Below, in pieces: positions 27,483-37,031 of a stretch of 37,852 nucleotides of DNA. Both the position numbers and the translations under genes were made by a program. The DNA is from an uncultured Gammaproteobacteria bacterium (GTDB taxonomy: Bacteria > Pseudomonadota > Gammaproteobacteria > UBA6429 > Thiohalophilaceae): positions 1 to 37,852 of the forward strand of contig CBDUOW010000001.1 of NCBI GenBank assembly GCA_965368945.1, given 5' to 3'. Position 1 is the first letter of the stretch. The number at the start of each line of letters is the position of its first letter. The notes beneath the pieces were generated by a model. The model did no database searches and was not told the origin of the DNA. It worked only from the letters and a program-made list of their open reading frames with translations.

Positions 27483-29729
27483 ATGGCAACAGTGCCCGCA
27501 GACGACAATATCGAATTATTACCCCTGAAGGAATTTACGGAAAAGTCCTACCTGGACTATTCCATGTATGTGATTCTGGATCGGGCCCTGCCGCATATTG
27601 GCGACGGCCTGAAGCCGGTGCAAAGGCGCATTGTTTACGCCATGTCAGAGCTCGGTCTGAAAGCGGGCAGTAAATTCAAGAAATCGGCCCGCACCGTCGG
27701 TGATGTGCTGGGCAAGTTCCATCCCCATGGTGATTCAGCCTGTTATGAAGCCATGGTATTGATGGCGCAACCTTTCAGTTATCGTTATCCCTTGCTGGAA
27801 GGACAGGGCAACTGGGGATCTCCCGATGATCCGAAATCGTTTGCCGCCATGCGTTACACCGAGTCACGCCTGTCCAGCTTTGCCGATTTGCTGTTGGCGG
27901 AAGCGACCCTGGGAACGGTGGACTGGATACCCAACTTTGATGGCACCCTGTCGGAACCACAATTGCTGCCCGCCCAGGTGCCGCATGTCATCCTGAATGG
28001 CACGACCGGTATCGCGGTCGGGATGACCACGGATATTCCACCTCACAACCTGAAAGAAGTGCTTGGTGCCTGTATTCATTTGCTCGATAACCCGAAGGCA
28101 ACAGTCCGAGAGTTATGCAAATATATTCCCGGTCCGGATTATCCAACGGATGCTGAAATTATTACGCCGCGTGCTGATCTGAAGAAGATCTATGAAACCG
28201 GTAATGGCGGGATCCGGATGCGCGCCCGTTACGAACGGGAAGACGGTGACATCATCATCACCGCTTTGCCACATCAGGCTTCGCCCGCCAAGATCCTGGA
28301 ACAGATCGCGACCCAGATGAACGCCAAGAAACTACCAATGGTGGTGGACCTGCGGGACGAATCGGATCATGAGAATCCTACGCGCCTGGTGATCGTGCCT
28401 CGTTCCAACCGTATTGATATGGAAGGCTTGATGGCACATCTGTTTGCCACTACCGATCTGGAGCGCACCTATCGCGTCAATATGAATGTTATTGGCCTCA
28501 ATGGCCGTCCTTCAGTGCATAACCTGCGGGAGATGCTGGTTGATTGGCTCAAGTTCCGTCTGGAAACGGTGCGTCGCCGTTTACAGTTCCGCCTCGATAA
28601 AGTTACCAAACGCTTACATATCCTCGATGGTCTGATGGTGGCCTATCTGAATATTGATGAAGTCATCAAGATCATTCGCGAGAACGATAAGCCCAAGCCG
28701 GTATTAATGAAACGCTTCAAGCTCAGTGATGAACAAACTGAAGCCATTCTGGAACTGAAGCTGCGCCACCTCGCCAAACTCGAGGAAATGGTGATCCGTA
28801 CTGAACAGAAGGAACTGAAAAAGGAACAGGCGGAACTTGAGAAATTATTGTCATCCAAACAGCGCTTGAAAACTTTACTTAAAAAGGAACTCAAGGAGAT
28901 TGTCACCACCCATGGCGATGATCGTCGTTCACCCATTGTGGAGCGTGAAGCCGCGCAGGCAATTTCCGAAACCGATTTAATCAGCGCTGATCCGGTCACG
29001 ATCATCCTCTCCGAGAGTGGTTGGGTTCGTTCCGCCAAGGGCCACGAGGTTGATGCGGCGAGCCTGAGTTACAAATCGGGTGATGATTATCTTGATGCCG
29101 CCAGAGGGAAAAGCAATCAGTTGGTGGTGTTTATCGATTCAACCGGTCGCACTTACGCGGTGCCGACGCACAACCTGCCTTCCGCGCGCGGACAGGGTGA
29201 ACCCCTGTCAGGCCGCCTGACTCCACCCAGTGGCGCGACGTTCAGGGGGGTAATGACCGGCGATCCGGAGCAGTTGTACCTGCTGGCAACTGATTTTGGT
29301 TATGGCTTTGTAGTCAAACTCGAGGACCTGATTACCCGTAACAAGAAGGGCAAGGTCGTGATGAAAGTGCCGGACGGCGCCAAGGTGTTGCCACCGGTGG
29401 CGGTGGCCGATATGGAAACCCATTGGGTGGCGATTGTGAGCAATGAAGGTAAATTGCTGATTCATCATATTGCGGATTTGCCCCAATTACCAAAAGGCAA
29501 AGGCGTGAAGATTATGAATATTCCCACGGCCAAGACCAAGAGCCGACAGGAATATATTACCGCGGTGACCGTGATTGAGGAGAATGACAGCCTGAAGATC
29601 TTTTCCGGTAAACGTCACAAGGTACTCAAACCGGAGGACATGGAGGCGTATGAAGGTGAACGTGCACAACGCGGCCATAAGCTGCCGCAGGGATTCCGTG
29701 GCGTGAGTCGCATGGAGCCCGAGGAATAA
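27483..29729 (+). CDS. parC: DNA topoisomerase IV subunit A
   Basis: 748 aa. It has [12 protein letters not shown], the QRDR-type [13 protein letters not shown], and AAMRYTE with the catalytic Tyr. It follows parE directly. Confidence 0.93.
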   Translation: MATVPADDNIELLPLKEFTEKSYLDYSMYVILDRALPHIGDGLKPVQRRIVYAMSELGLKAGSKFKKSARTVGDVLGKFHPHGDSACYEAMVLMAQPFSYRYPLLEGQGNWGSPDDPKSFAAMRYTESRLSSFADLLLAEATLGTVDWIPNFDGTLSEPQLLPAQVPHVILNGTTGIAVGMTTDIPPHNLKEVLGACIHLLDNPKATVRELCKYIPGPDYPTDAEIITPRADLKKIYETGNGGIRMRARYEREDGDIIITALPHQASPAKILEQIATQMNAKKLPMVVDLRDESDHENPTRLVIVPRSNRIDMEGLMAHLFATTDLERTYRVNMNVIGLNGRPSVHNLREMLVDWLKFRLETVRRRLQFRLDKVTKRLHILDGLMVAYLNIDEVIKIIRENDKPKPVLMKRFKLSDEQTEAILELKLRHLAKLEEMVIRTEQKELKKEQAELEKLLSSKQRLKTLLKKELKEIVTTHGDDRRSPIVEREAAQAISETDLISADPVTIILSESGWVRSAKGHEVDAASLSYKSGDDYLDAARGKSNQLVVFIDSTGRTYAVPTHNLPSARGQGEPLSGRLTPPSGATFRGVMTGDPEQLYLLATDFGYGFVVKLEDLITRNKKGKVVMKVPDGAKVLPPVAVADMETHWVAIVSNEGKLLIHHIADLPQLPKGKGVKIMNIPTAKTKSRQEYITAVTVIEENDSLKIFSGKRHKVLKPEDMEAYEGERAQRGHKLPQGFRGVSRMEPEE

Positions 29730-29751
29730 GGGGCAATATTCGTTGTGGCGT

Positions 29752-30822
29752 TCAGGGTTTTGGCGGTTGGACAACCGCGCCTTCATCGCTGAGACGTTGT
29801 AGTTTACTCAGTACGCGTTCAGCCCGATCGATATGGCCTTGCAGTTTCTGATTACCAGGATCAATGTCCAGCAGTGAATTCCAGATATCCAGGGCTTCCT
29901 GGATTTTGCCACTGCTATACAGCCCGCGGCCGGCGGCAATTTTCTGGTCGATCCCCTGTCGGTAGCGTTTATCCAGTTCCTTACGAAGTTTAATGGATGT
30001 TCTGTTACGGCTATTTTGTTTTTCCAGCACATTCAATTGGTTGCGGGCACGTTTGAGATTATCCTCGCTATAGCCTTGTTTCAGTTCCGCAATCAAGGCG
30101 CGGGTTTTGTCGTTTTGTTTTCTAACCTCTGTCTTTTCGGCCCTGGCAAGTGTTTTATTGGCTAGCGCCAGTTGCTTTTTGTCAATGTTTTTTGAGCCGA
30201 TACGTTCCACCAGCTTCAGGCAGGTTTCGGCCAAATTATAGTCGCCCGCATCAAGTGCCGATTGTACACAGCTAACCAGTTGTTCGGCGGTCTCATCTAC
30301 CTTGTCAGGATACTCACGTATTTCCTCATAGCGCTGATAATCATTGGGGAGAACACGCACGATTTCTTTTTGCGTTGATGCGTTTCTGATTAACCAGTTT
30401 GCACGGTTTAGCAGCAGGGACAGTTCAAGCTGTTTCAGGTAGTTGTCTCGTTTGCTCAAGAACTCCTGTTGCGCTTTTCGGAGCTTCTCGCTTTGCGGGA
30501 CTTTCTCAATAGCTTGTTCATATGTTTGCTGGGCTGTGTACCATTTGCCCTGGCGGGTTAATTTATCCGCTTTTTGAATCGTCTTACGTTCATATTTAAC
30601 AACCAGTTTCTCGATATACTTTTTTTGACGCATCAGGCGTTTGTAGTCCGCATGGGAAGGGCGGACATACTCAAGCATTTGCAGGGCTTCGCCATACTCC
30701 TGTTGCTGGATCAGCGTGTCAATTTTCTCGGGAAGCTCAGCGCTAAAAGAGGAAAGATAGGCGCAACCACCCGGGAGTAGCAGAAACAATATGAGGGGGA
30801 CGAGGAAAAACTGTCGTCTCAT
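29752..30822 (-). CDS. Predicted lipoprotein, all-helical K/E/Q-rich with a TPR-like C-terminus
   Basis: Lipobox LLLPGGCA. The C-terminal GRGLYSSGKIQEALDIWNSLLDIDPGNQKLQGHIDRAERV is TPR-like. Its start overlaps the upstream cyclase stop (ATGA at 30819-30822). Confidence 0.75.
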   Translation of the reverse strand: MRRQFFLVPLILFLLLPGGCAYLSSFSAELPEKIDTLIQQQEYGEALQMLEYVRPSHADYKRLMRQKKYIEKLVVKYERKTIQKADKLTRQGKWYTAQQTYEQAIEKVPQSEKLRKAQQEFLSKRDNYLKQLELSLLLNRANWLIRNASTQKEIVRVLPNDYQRYEEIREYPDKVDETAEQLVSCVQSALDAGDYNLAETCLKLVERIGSKNIDKKQLALANKTLARAEKTEVRKQNDKTRALIAELKQGYSEDNLKRARNQLNVLEKQNSRNRTSIKLRKELDKRYRQGIDQKIAAGRGLYSSGKIQEALDIWNSLLDIDPGNQKLQGHIDRAERVLSKLQRLSDEGAVVQPPKP

Positions 30823-32372
30823 GCGACAACTTTTTCAGAAAGAATATTTTCGATTTGTGCTTCCATGGTCACTCGGTAAGAATCACTGACGTCACTGACG
30901 ATGTAGGTGGAAACAGCTGAAGCGATACCACGTAATTTTATCGATTTATGTCGGTGTGCCAGGATGCGCCATTTAATATCACTATCTTTATATAAATGCT
31001 CGGTAACCACAATCTGGTCCTTGTCCGCAACCGTATGCAGGCGTGATGCCAGGTTAACGGTTTCCCCTACAACAGTGTACTGCATACGCTCATTAGAACC
31101 CATGTTACCCGCCAGCATGCTACCGCTGTTAACGCCAATGCGGAAATTAATTTGATATTTACCATCACGTACACGAATGGCATTTAGACGTGCCACCAGT
31201 TTCTGGATCATTACCGCACAGGCGATGGCATTGAACTTGTGTTCCGGATCATCATCCGGCACACCGAATACCACCATCGCACAGTCCCCCATATACTTAT
31301 CAATGGTGCCACGATAAAGCTGACTGGCCATGGAAATATACGTGAAGTATTCATTTAGAATATTGGCAACTTCATCCGGCGAAAGGCTTTCCGACAGGCT
31401 GGTGAAGCCCACTATGTCGGCAAACAAAACGCTGCCATGTACATGCTTACCCCCAAGGTGGATTTCATCCAGGTTGGCCATGATTTGTTTGGCAACATTG
31501 CTGGAGACAAAACGGGAAAAGGCGTTCTCTACCTGCGATTTTTCCAGCAGACCATTGGCCATATTGTTAAACGCGTCAGTCAAATAGCCGATTTCGTCAT
31601 TCCGGCGTTCCTTGATCTGGGTGCGATAGTGCCCATCACCAATGGCTCTACTGGCATCCATCAGGCGATGGATGGGTCGGGTAAGCCGGTCAGCCATTAA
31701 GAAGGAAATGACGATTCCGAGTATGATCATCAGGATGGTGGCTGCCACAATAGCACTCACTGTTTGGCGCAGAGATTCGTTCAGGGCTGCCTTGCTGAAA
31801 GTGACCAGTGCATGCCCGGCTACGACATCCTGGAACTGGATCGGGGCGATGAAGGAAATGGCGTCTACGCTTTCACCTGTTTCAGTGCTGGCCGCCCACT
31901 CTACGCTGTAACTTTGTTCATCCACCTGGCTTGAGCGGGCATAAAGCCTGATGATGTTATCGTTGGGAAGCGTGCCGGCAGAGGCGAGTATTTTGCCATT
32001 GTCTGAATAGACTACCGCACCCAGAATGCTCTCGTTGGTACCGAGAGTGCTGACCACCACCATTAAACTTAGAATATCGTCCGACAGCACCAGTTCCTTG
32101 GATGATTCGCCCAACTGGGTCACGACCGCCTGACCAAAGTTGTTAATCTGGGTACGCAGTAGCTGTGTCTGGTTGGTCACGATAACCGACCCCAGAATCA
32201 CCATCCCGGCTGAAATGAGCAGGGTAATAATGAGTGCCAGCTTGTAGGCGATGGGAAAGTACCGCGGCGTATGTTTGTGGATAAAGGCACGCATTCCGTA
32301 GCGCAGGCGACGGGGCAGGTGATTAAGCCGGTGAAGAAATACGGCTTTTAGAGATGCGTGGTTGTTCTTCAT
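30819..32372 (-). CDS. Membrane-bound class III nucleotide cyclase (TM, ~140-aa periplasmic domain, TM, HAMP, cyclase); predicted adenylate cyclase
   Basis: TM helices at about residues 40-65 and 205-227, followed by a HAMP region (RPIHRLMDASRAIGDGHY...DEIGYLTDAFNNM). The catalytic core has FADIVGFT, IDKYMGDCAMVVFG and YTVVGETVNLASR. The Lys (IDKYMGD) and Thr (QYTVVG) at substrate-specifying positions favour ATP. Confidence 0.9.
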   Translation of the reverse strand: MKNNHASLKAVFLHRLNHLPRRLRYGMRAFIHKHTPRYFPIAYKLALIITLLISAGMVILGSVIVTNQTQLLRTQINNFGQAVVTQLGESSKELVLSDDILSLMVVVSTLGTNESILGAVVYSDNGKILASAGTLPNDNIIRLYARSSQVDEQSYSVEWAASTETGESVDAISFIAPIQFQDVVAGHALVTFSKAALNESLRQTVSAIVAATILMIILGIVISFLMADRLTRPIHRLMDASRAIGDGHYRTQIKERRNDEIGYLTDAFNNMANGLLEKSQVENAFSRFVSSNVAKQIMANLDEIHLGGKHVHGSVLFADIVGFTSLSESLSPDEVANILNEYFTYISMASQLYRGTIDKYMGDCAMVVFGVPDDDPEHKFNAIACAVMIQKLVARLNAIRVRDGKYQINFRIGVNSGSMLAGNMGSNERMQYTVVGETVNLASRLHTVADKDQIVVTEHLYKDSDIKWRILAHRHKSIKLRGIASAVSTYIVSDVSDSYRVTMEAQIENILSEKVVA

Positions 32373-32431
32373 TGTGACGGATATCGTGGACTTGAGGTCT
32401 TCCCAGCCTGTTATGCTAATGCTTATTGATT

Positions 32432-32452
32432 ACCCGCCTGTAACAGGCGGGT
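32432..32452. repeat. GC-rich perfect inverted repeat (hairpin) in the cyclase / M48-protease divergent region
   Basis: ACCCGCCTGT (32432-32441), then A, then ACAGGCGGGT (32443-32452), giving 9-10 bp arms. No U-tract follows on either strand, so it is not a canonical terminator. Confidence 0.6.
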
Positions 32453-32630
32453 CCGAAAACGTTATTATGCATTAAGAAGTATAGGCAACTATACAGTATT
32501 ATCAAAAAAAGCATATATTACAAATGCTTGCAGAGTGAGCGGATGAAAACATGCGAATTTGTGATGCAGTTCATAATTTGACGCCCGGGGTAATGCGGCT
32601 GAGTATGGCAGTTGTCGCGACGGAAAGGCT

Positions 32631-33509
32631 ATGCGGTCTTTCCTGACCTTACTGCTGGTACTGGCTGCACTCGTGGTTGGTGCTGGCCTGTTTCTGCTGC
32701 TCACAGGTTATGCCGGGCAGTTGGCAAGCGCCGGGGTCCCCTTGACACAACAACTCGGCATATTAGCGCTGCTTGGCGGGGGCGGGGCGCTAGTGCTGTT
32801 GCTGGGGGCGCCCATCATTGCCAAATACATGTTGGGGGTTCGGCCAATTACGCAACCGGGCGATAGTCAGGAACTCTGGTTGCTGCTGGCCTTACGGCAG
32901 CAGGCCCAACGTGCGGGAATTCGTGCTCCCCGCCTGGGCATCATAGATAGTCCCGTGTTAAATGCGTTTACGATCGGCTTAAATCGTAATACCGCTCAAA
33001 TCATCCTGGGTCGCGGCCTGTTACAAAGCCTCAGCCAGGATGAACTGGAGGCGGTGCTGGCGCACGAAATCGCACATATTCTCAATGATGATATGCGAAC
33101 CCTGGCTCTGGTACAGGGAGCGGTTAATGTCCTGACAGTGTTACCGGCCCGCCTTGCCAGTTTGCTGGTTGACCGGTTGCTGCTACGCCAAACTCAACCG
33201 GCGCTTGCCTATTACCTGATCCTGACCCTGACCCAACTATGTTACGGCTGGCTGGCCAGTATTGTGGTCACCAGTTTCAGTCGGCGGCGGGAATTTCATG
33301 CCGATCGGGAAGGGGCACGTCTGGTCGGACGTGACAAAATGATCGCGGCGTTGACCTGCCTGCATGCCGGCACCGCGCCACCCGCGCTACCGGGAATGTT
33401 AGTGGCCTTTGGAATAACCGGTCGCTTCAGCGAAGGACTGGAACAGTTACTGGTGACCCATCCAAGCCTGACTGAACGCCTGCGTGCCTTACGTCAGATC
33501 GAATCCTGA
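32631..33509 (+). CDS. M48-family zinc metalloprotease (HtpX-like)
   Basis: Two N-terminal TM helices, HEIAHILNDD (HEXXH), two further TM helices, and then the third zinc-ligand region REFHADREGA. Confidence 0.85.
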   Translation: MRSFLTLLLVLAALVVGAGLFLLLTGYAGQLASAGVPLTQQLGILALLGGGGALVLLLGAPIIAKYMLGVRPITQPGDSQELWLLLALRQQAQRAGIRAPRLGIIDSPVLNAFTIGLNRNTAQIILGRGLLQSLSQDELEAVLAHEIAHILNDDMRTLALVQGAVNVLTVLPARLASLLVDRLLLRQTQPALAYYLILTLTQLCYGWLASIVVTSFSRRREFHADREGARLVGRDKMIAALTCLHAGTAPPALPGMLVAFGITGRFSEGLEQLLVTHPSLTERLRALRQIES

Positions 33510-33587
33510 TTTTTGTTAATCGCTGGGCAGAGTCTTGCGGCCTCGTATACAATGCCGCGACTCCAGTATTTGCCGAGGATGGCTTGA

Positions 33588-34826
33588 ATGAGCTTGATTA
33601 AACCTTTTGCCGGGCTGCGCCCCAAAGCGGAATTTGCGGCCGATGTTGTGGCTCCTCCTTATGATGTCCTGAATACTGAAGAAGCACGTCAGCGCGCAGA
33701 AGGGCGTCCTCATAGTTTCTTGCATATTTCCAAGCCTGAGATTGACCTGCCGCCGGGAACGGATCCGTTCGATACCAGGGTGTATGCCAGGGGAGCAGAA
33801 AATCTGCAGCAAATGATCAATAGCGGTGTGCTCGTCCGGGATCAGCAAGTATGTTATTACCTTTATCGCCTGGTTATGGATACGCATATCCAGACAGGTC
33901 TGGTCGCGGTTGCCTCGGTGGCGGATTACGACAGCAATCGTATACGCAAGCATGAATTTACCCGTCCCGATAAAGAGGATGACCGGGTACGGCAAATCGA
34001 TGCCCTGAACGCACAGACCGGGCCGGTGTTTTTGACCTATCGGCATAATGCCGTGATTGATGAGCTGGCGAACCGGATCACAGGCACAGAACCGCTGTAT
34101 GACCTGACGGCGGATGATGGCGTGCGTCACACCCTGTGGCGAATTGCTGATGCAGCAAGTATCGAGACAGTGACCAACACCTTTGAGGGTATGGAGTGTT
34201 TATATATTGCCGATGGCCATCATCGCTCCGCGGCCGCCTCTCGCCTTGCCAAAATGCGGCATCAAGACCATCACCTAAGCGGGGAAATCGCCGCCGATTA
34301 TTTTCTCTCCGTATTGTTTCCCGACAACCAGATGAAAATCCTGGATTACAATCGGCTGGTTACGGACCTCAATGGTTTGTCGATAAAAGATTATCTTGTC
34401 GGGATAAGAGCGGCATTTGATGTAGTGGAAAGTGATACCCCGGTTAAGCCGGCCCAACCCGGTGCGTTCGGAATGTATCTGGCGCAGCAGTGGTATGCTC
34501 TAACCATAAAAGCAGAGCGGGTTCCGCAAGCTGATCCAGTGGGCCAACTGGATGTCAGTTTGTTACAAAATAACCTGATTGAGCCGGTGCTGGGTATTCA
34601 GGATCCGCGCCGCGATAAACGGATTGACTTCGTGGGCGGAATTCGCGGCCTGGATGAATTGGTAAAGCGGGTTGATTCGGGCGAAATGCAAGTTGCGTTC
34701 TCGCTTTATCCTACGCGGATGGAAGACTTGATGGCGGTGGCGGATGCCAACGAGGTCATGCCGCCCAAGTCCACCTGGTTTGAACCCAAGCTGGCGGATG
34801 GACTGGTGTCACATGTACTGGATTAG
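33588..34826 (+). CDS. DUF1015 family protein (function unknown)
   Basis: 412 aa. The N-terminus MSLIKPFAGLRPKAEFAADVVAPPYDVL and the internal ADGHHR motif match my recollection of DUF1015. Confidence 0.85.
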   Translation: MSLIKPFAGLRPKAEFAADVVAPPYDVLNTEEARQRAEGRPHSFLHISKPEIDLPPGTDPFDTRVYARGAENLQQMINSGVLVRDQQVCYYLYRLVMDTHIQTGLVAVASVADYDSNRIRKHEFTRPDKEDDRVRQIDALNAQTGPVFLTYRHNAVIDELANRITGTEPLYDLTADDGVRHTLWRIADAASIETVTNTFEGMECLYIADGHHRSAAASRLAKMRHQDHHLSGEIAADYFLSVLFPDNQMKILDYNRLVTDLNGLSIKDYLVGIRAAFDVVESDTPVKPAQPGAFGMYLAQQWYALTIKAERVPQADPVGQLDVSLLQNNLIEPVLGIQDPRRDKRIDFVGGIRGLDELVKRVDSGEMQVAFSLYPTRMEDLMAVADANEVMPPKSTWFEPKLADGLVSHVLD

Positions 34827-34865
34827 GAATTTAACGGAAGACTTATTATTCAGCTGTAAGCCGGT

Positions 34866-36947
34866 TTAGAATGCGCCGTCGAAGTCGAAATCCAGTTTGC
34901 TGGTGGGTTCCTGCAGAAAGTGCCCCTGAATAAAGTCAACGCTGCACTGCCAGAGGACGGCAAGGCTGTTGGCATCTTCAACAAACGCGGCAATGCTTTG
35001 CATGTTAGCCTCGCGAGCCTGGTCGGCGATTTGCTTCATGGCCTCCTGGTTTTCCACACTCTGCGGTAAATTTTTCACCAGGTCAGCGTGGAGCTTGATG
35101 AAATCCACCGGCAGTTCCTGCATCGCCTTGAAGGTATTTTGTTCTCTACCAAAGTTTTCCAGCGCGGTACGGCATTTAAGCTGTTTCAAGCCTTGAATCA
35201 TCATTTTGGATTGTGCCAGGTGATTCAAGGCGGTTGATTCATCGATTTCGAATATCAGGCCACTGGCATCGAGATTGAAGGACTTGATAAGTTCAGTTAC
35301 CCACGGCAGAAAATCCGCGTCAGTCAGGGTGCTTTGTGACAACTTCAGGAAGAAACGGGTATCCTGACCTTTGGCGATTTGCGCCTGGAAGGCCGCAAGG
35401 CAGTTGGCAATGATCCAGCGGTCGACGAATTTGGTAAGATCGGCCTGATCCGCGGCGACAATAAATTCACTTGGCGGTATTTCCTCCCCGCTTTCATCCA
35501 GCATACGTACCGTCACTTCATAGTGGCCACCGGCGATGCCGTGCAGACTCACAATGGGCTGGTATAGCAGCCTGAACTGGTTATTTCGCAGCGCTTCTTT
35601 GATTCGGTGTGACCAGACACTGACCTTTTCATTCTCGGCCAGATCTTCCATGGCCGGATTATAGATATTGTACTGGTTACCGCCTTCATTCTGCGCTGCT
35701 TCACAGCCTTGTTCCGCGCGGGTAATACAATCCTGCAGGTTGCTGACCGTCTCGTTGACCGGGGTCAGACCAACGCTGGCAGTTGGATCAATAACCTTGC
35801 CGGCAATCGTCGCGGTGTGCTCGCCGATGAGTTTAACAATGCTGGCGGCAGCCTGTTCAGCCTGCTTGATATCCACGTCATTCAGCAACAGGGTAAATAC
35901 CGGCCCTTCAAAACGGGCCACCAGGCCATGCTTTTCCAGTTTTTCTTTCAGCAGACCGGCGATATTGGCGAGGAACTGGTCTGCACTGGCAATGCCGATG
36001 GAGTTACGAATGTCATCGAACTTGTCGATCTCGATAAACAACACGGCACCCTTGGTTTTACCTTCCACCGCCTGGGTAATCAGCTTGTCCACCTTGTCAA
36101 GGAAGTAACTGCGGTTAAACAGCCCGGTAAGCAGGTCCTGCTTGCTGAGTACATTCAGCTGTTGTTCCAGTTCTTTGCTATTGCCACGATCACGAATAAT
36201 AATCTGGGTGCAGGACTCACCTTCCATGCTGGCAGGGGAGAATTCCATGGCGGTTTCGAAGGCATGGCCGTCGGTGTGTTTGGCCTCGATATTCAGTGAG
36301 TCGTCCTTGCTTAGTCCCTTGGCATAGTTCCGCAAGAAGTCCTTGAGTGTGCCGTGGTCTTTACTCCCCACCATATCGAGGATGGGCATACCCTCGACAT
36401 CATCCTGGCTTTCATAACCAAACATGTCCAGATAGGCCTGGTTGGCATAGATGTGCATACCGTCGTGAACATAGGAAATAGCATCGCGGGAACTGTCAAT
36501 CAGACTACGCGCCCGCTTTTCCGAATCGCTCAGCATTTGTTCCGCGCGCCGCATACCCTTGCGGTATTTCAGATCCGCCACCTCACGTCTGACGATGTGA
36601 AGTAAGCGTTCCGGCTGGTTGAGGCTGACGGTGTCACGGGCGCCGGCCTTGAGTTCAGCCAGGACAGCATTGCTGTCGTCCGAATCCGTAATGACGATCA
36701 GGGGAATATCGTGACCGCTTTTCTGCAGCAACTCCAGCGCTTGCTGGGCGCTGAATATGGGAAGCTTCTGCTTGGCCAGTATGATGTCGAACGGATTCTC
36801 GCTAATGGCTTTTTCCATGTCTTCATCGTCTTCGACACGGATATCGCGGACAATCTCTCCCGCGTTGCGCAGCACCTTGATCAGTTGCTCGGCAGGTTCC
36901 GACTCATCAAAAATTGTCAGTACTCTAAGCAGATCTTTATCGCTCAC
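34866..36947 (-). CDS. FimX-like c-di-GMP signalling protein: degenerate REC, PAS, degenerate GGDEF, degenerate EAL
   Basis: REC-like N-terminus with Ala at the phospho-acceptor position (FDIILAKQKLP). PAS region (SRDAISYVHDGMHIYANQAYLDMFGY). The GGDEF signature reads EGPVF (VARFEGPVFTLLL). The EAL signature reads EVT (YEVTVRML), with ENFG in place of DDFG and IKLH in place of K-x-D. GTG at 36947 follows GAAGGG by 6 nt; the in-frame TTG at 36953 is less likely. Confidence 0.85.
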   Translation of the reverse strand: MSDKDLLRVLTIFDESEPAEQLIKVLRNAGEIVRDIRVEDDEDMEKAISENPFDIILAKQKLPIFSAQQALELLQKSGHDIPLIVITDSDDSNAVLAELKAGARDTVSLNQPERLLHIVRREVADLKYRKGMRRAEQMLSDSEKRARSLIDSSRDAISYVHDGMHIYANQAYLDMFGYESQDDVEGMPILDMVGSKDHGTLKDFLRNYAKGLSKDDSLNIEAKHTDGHAFETAMEFSPASMEGESCTQIIIRDRGNSKELEQQLNVLSKQDLLTGLFNRSYFLDKVDKLITQAVEGKTKGAVLFIEIDKFDDIRNSIGIASADQFLANIAGLLKEKLEKHGLVARFEGPVFTLLLNDVDIKQAEQAAASIVKLIGEHTATIAGKVIDPTASVGLTPVNETVSNLQDCITRAEQGCEAAQNEGGNQYNIYNPAMEDLAENEKVSVWSHRIKEALRNNQFRLLYQPIVSLHGIAGGHYEVTVRMLDESGEEIPPSEFIVAADQADLTKFVDRWIIANCLAAFQAQIAKGQDTRFFLKLSQSTLTDADFLPWVTELIKSFNLDASGLIFEIDESTALNHLAQSKMMIQGLKQLKCRTALENFGREQNTFKAMQELPVDFIKLHADLVKNLPQSVENQEAMKQIADQAREANMQSIAAFVEDANSLAVLWQCSVDFIQGHFLQEPTSKLDFDFDGAF

Positions 36948-37031
36948 ACACAACCCTTCAACAGCATATTATTAGACCCAATATAATGTCTTTTATGACA
37001 ACTAAAGGCAAGCCGGGGATGGTTTGTCAGA

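Noticed and set aside
30819-32372. The cyclase as part of a cyclic-nucleotide antiphage system (Pycsar or CBASS-like).
   Set aside because: The architecture is a classical TM-sensor-HAMP signal-transduction cyclase. The neighbour is a lipoprotein without a cNMP-binding or effector (TIR, TM-pore, nuclease) domain. The flanks are housekeeping genes, and no other defence genes are nearby.
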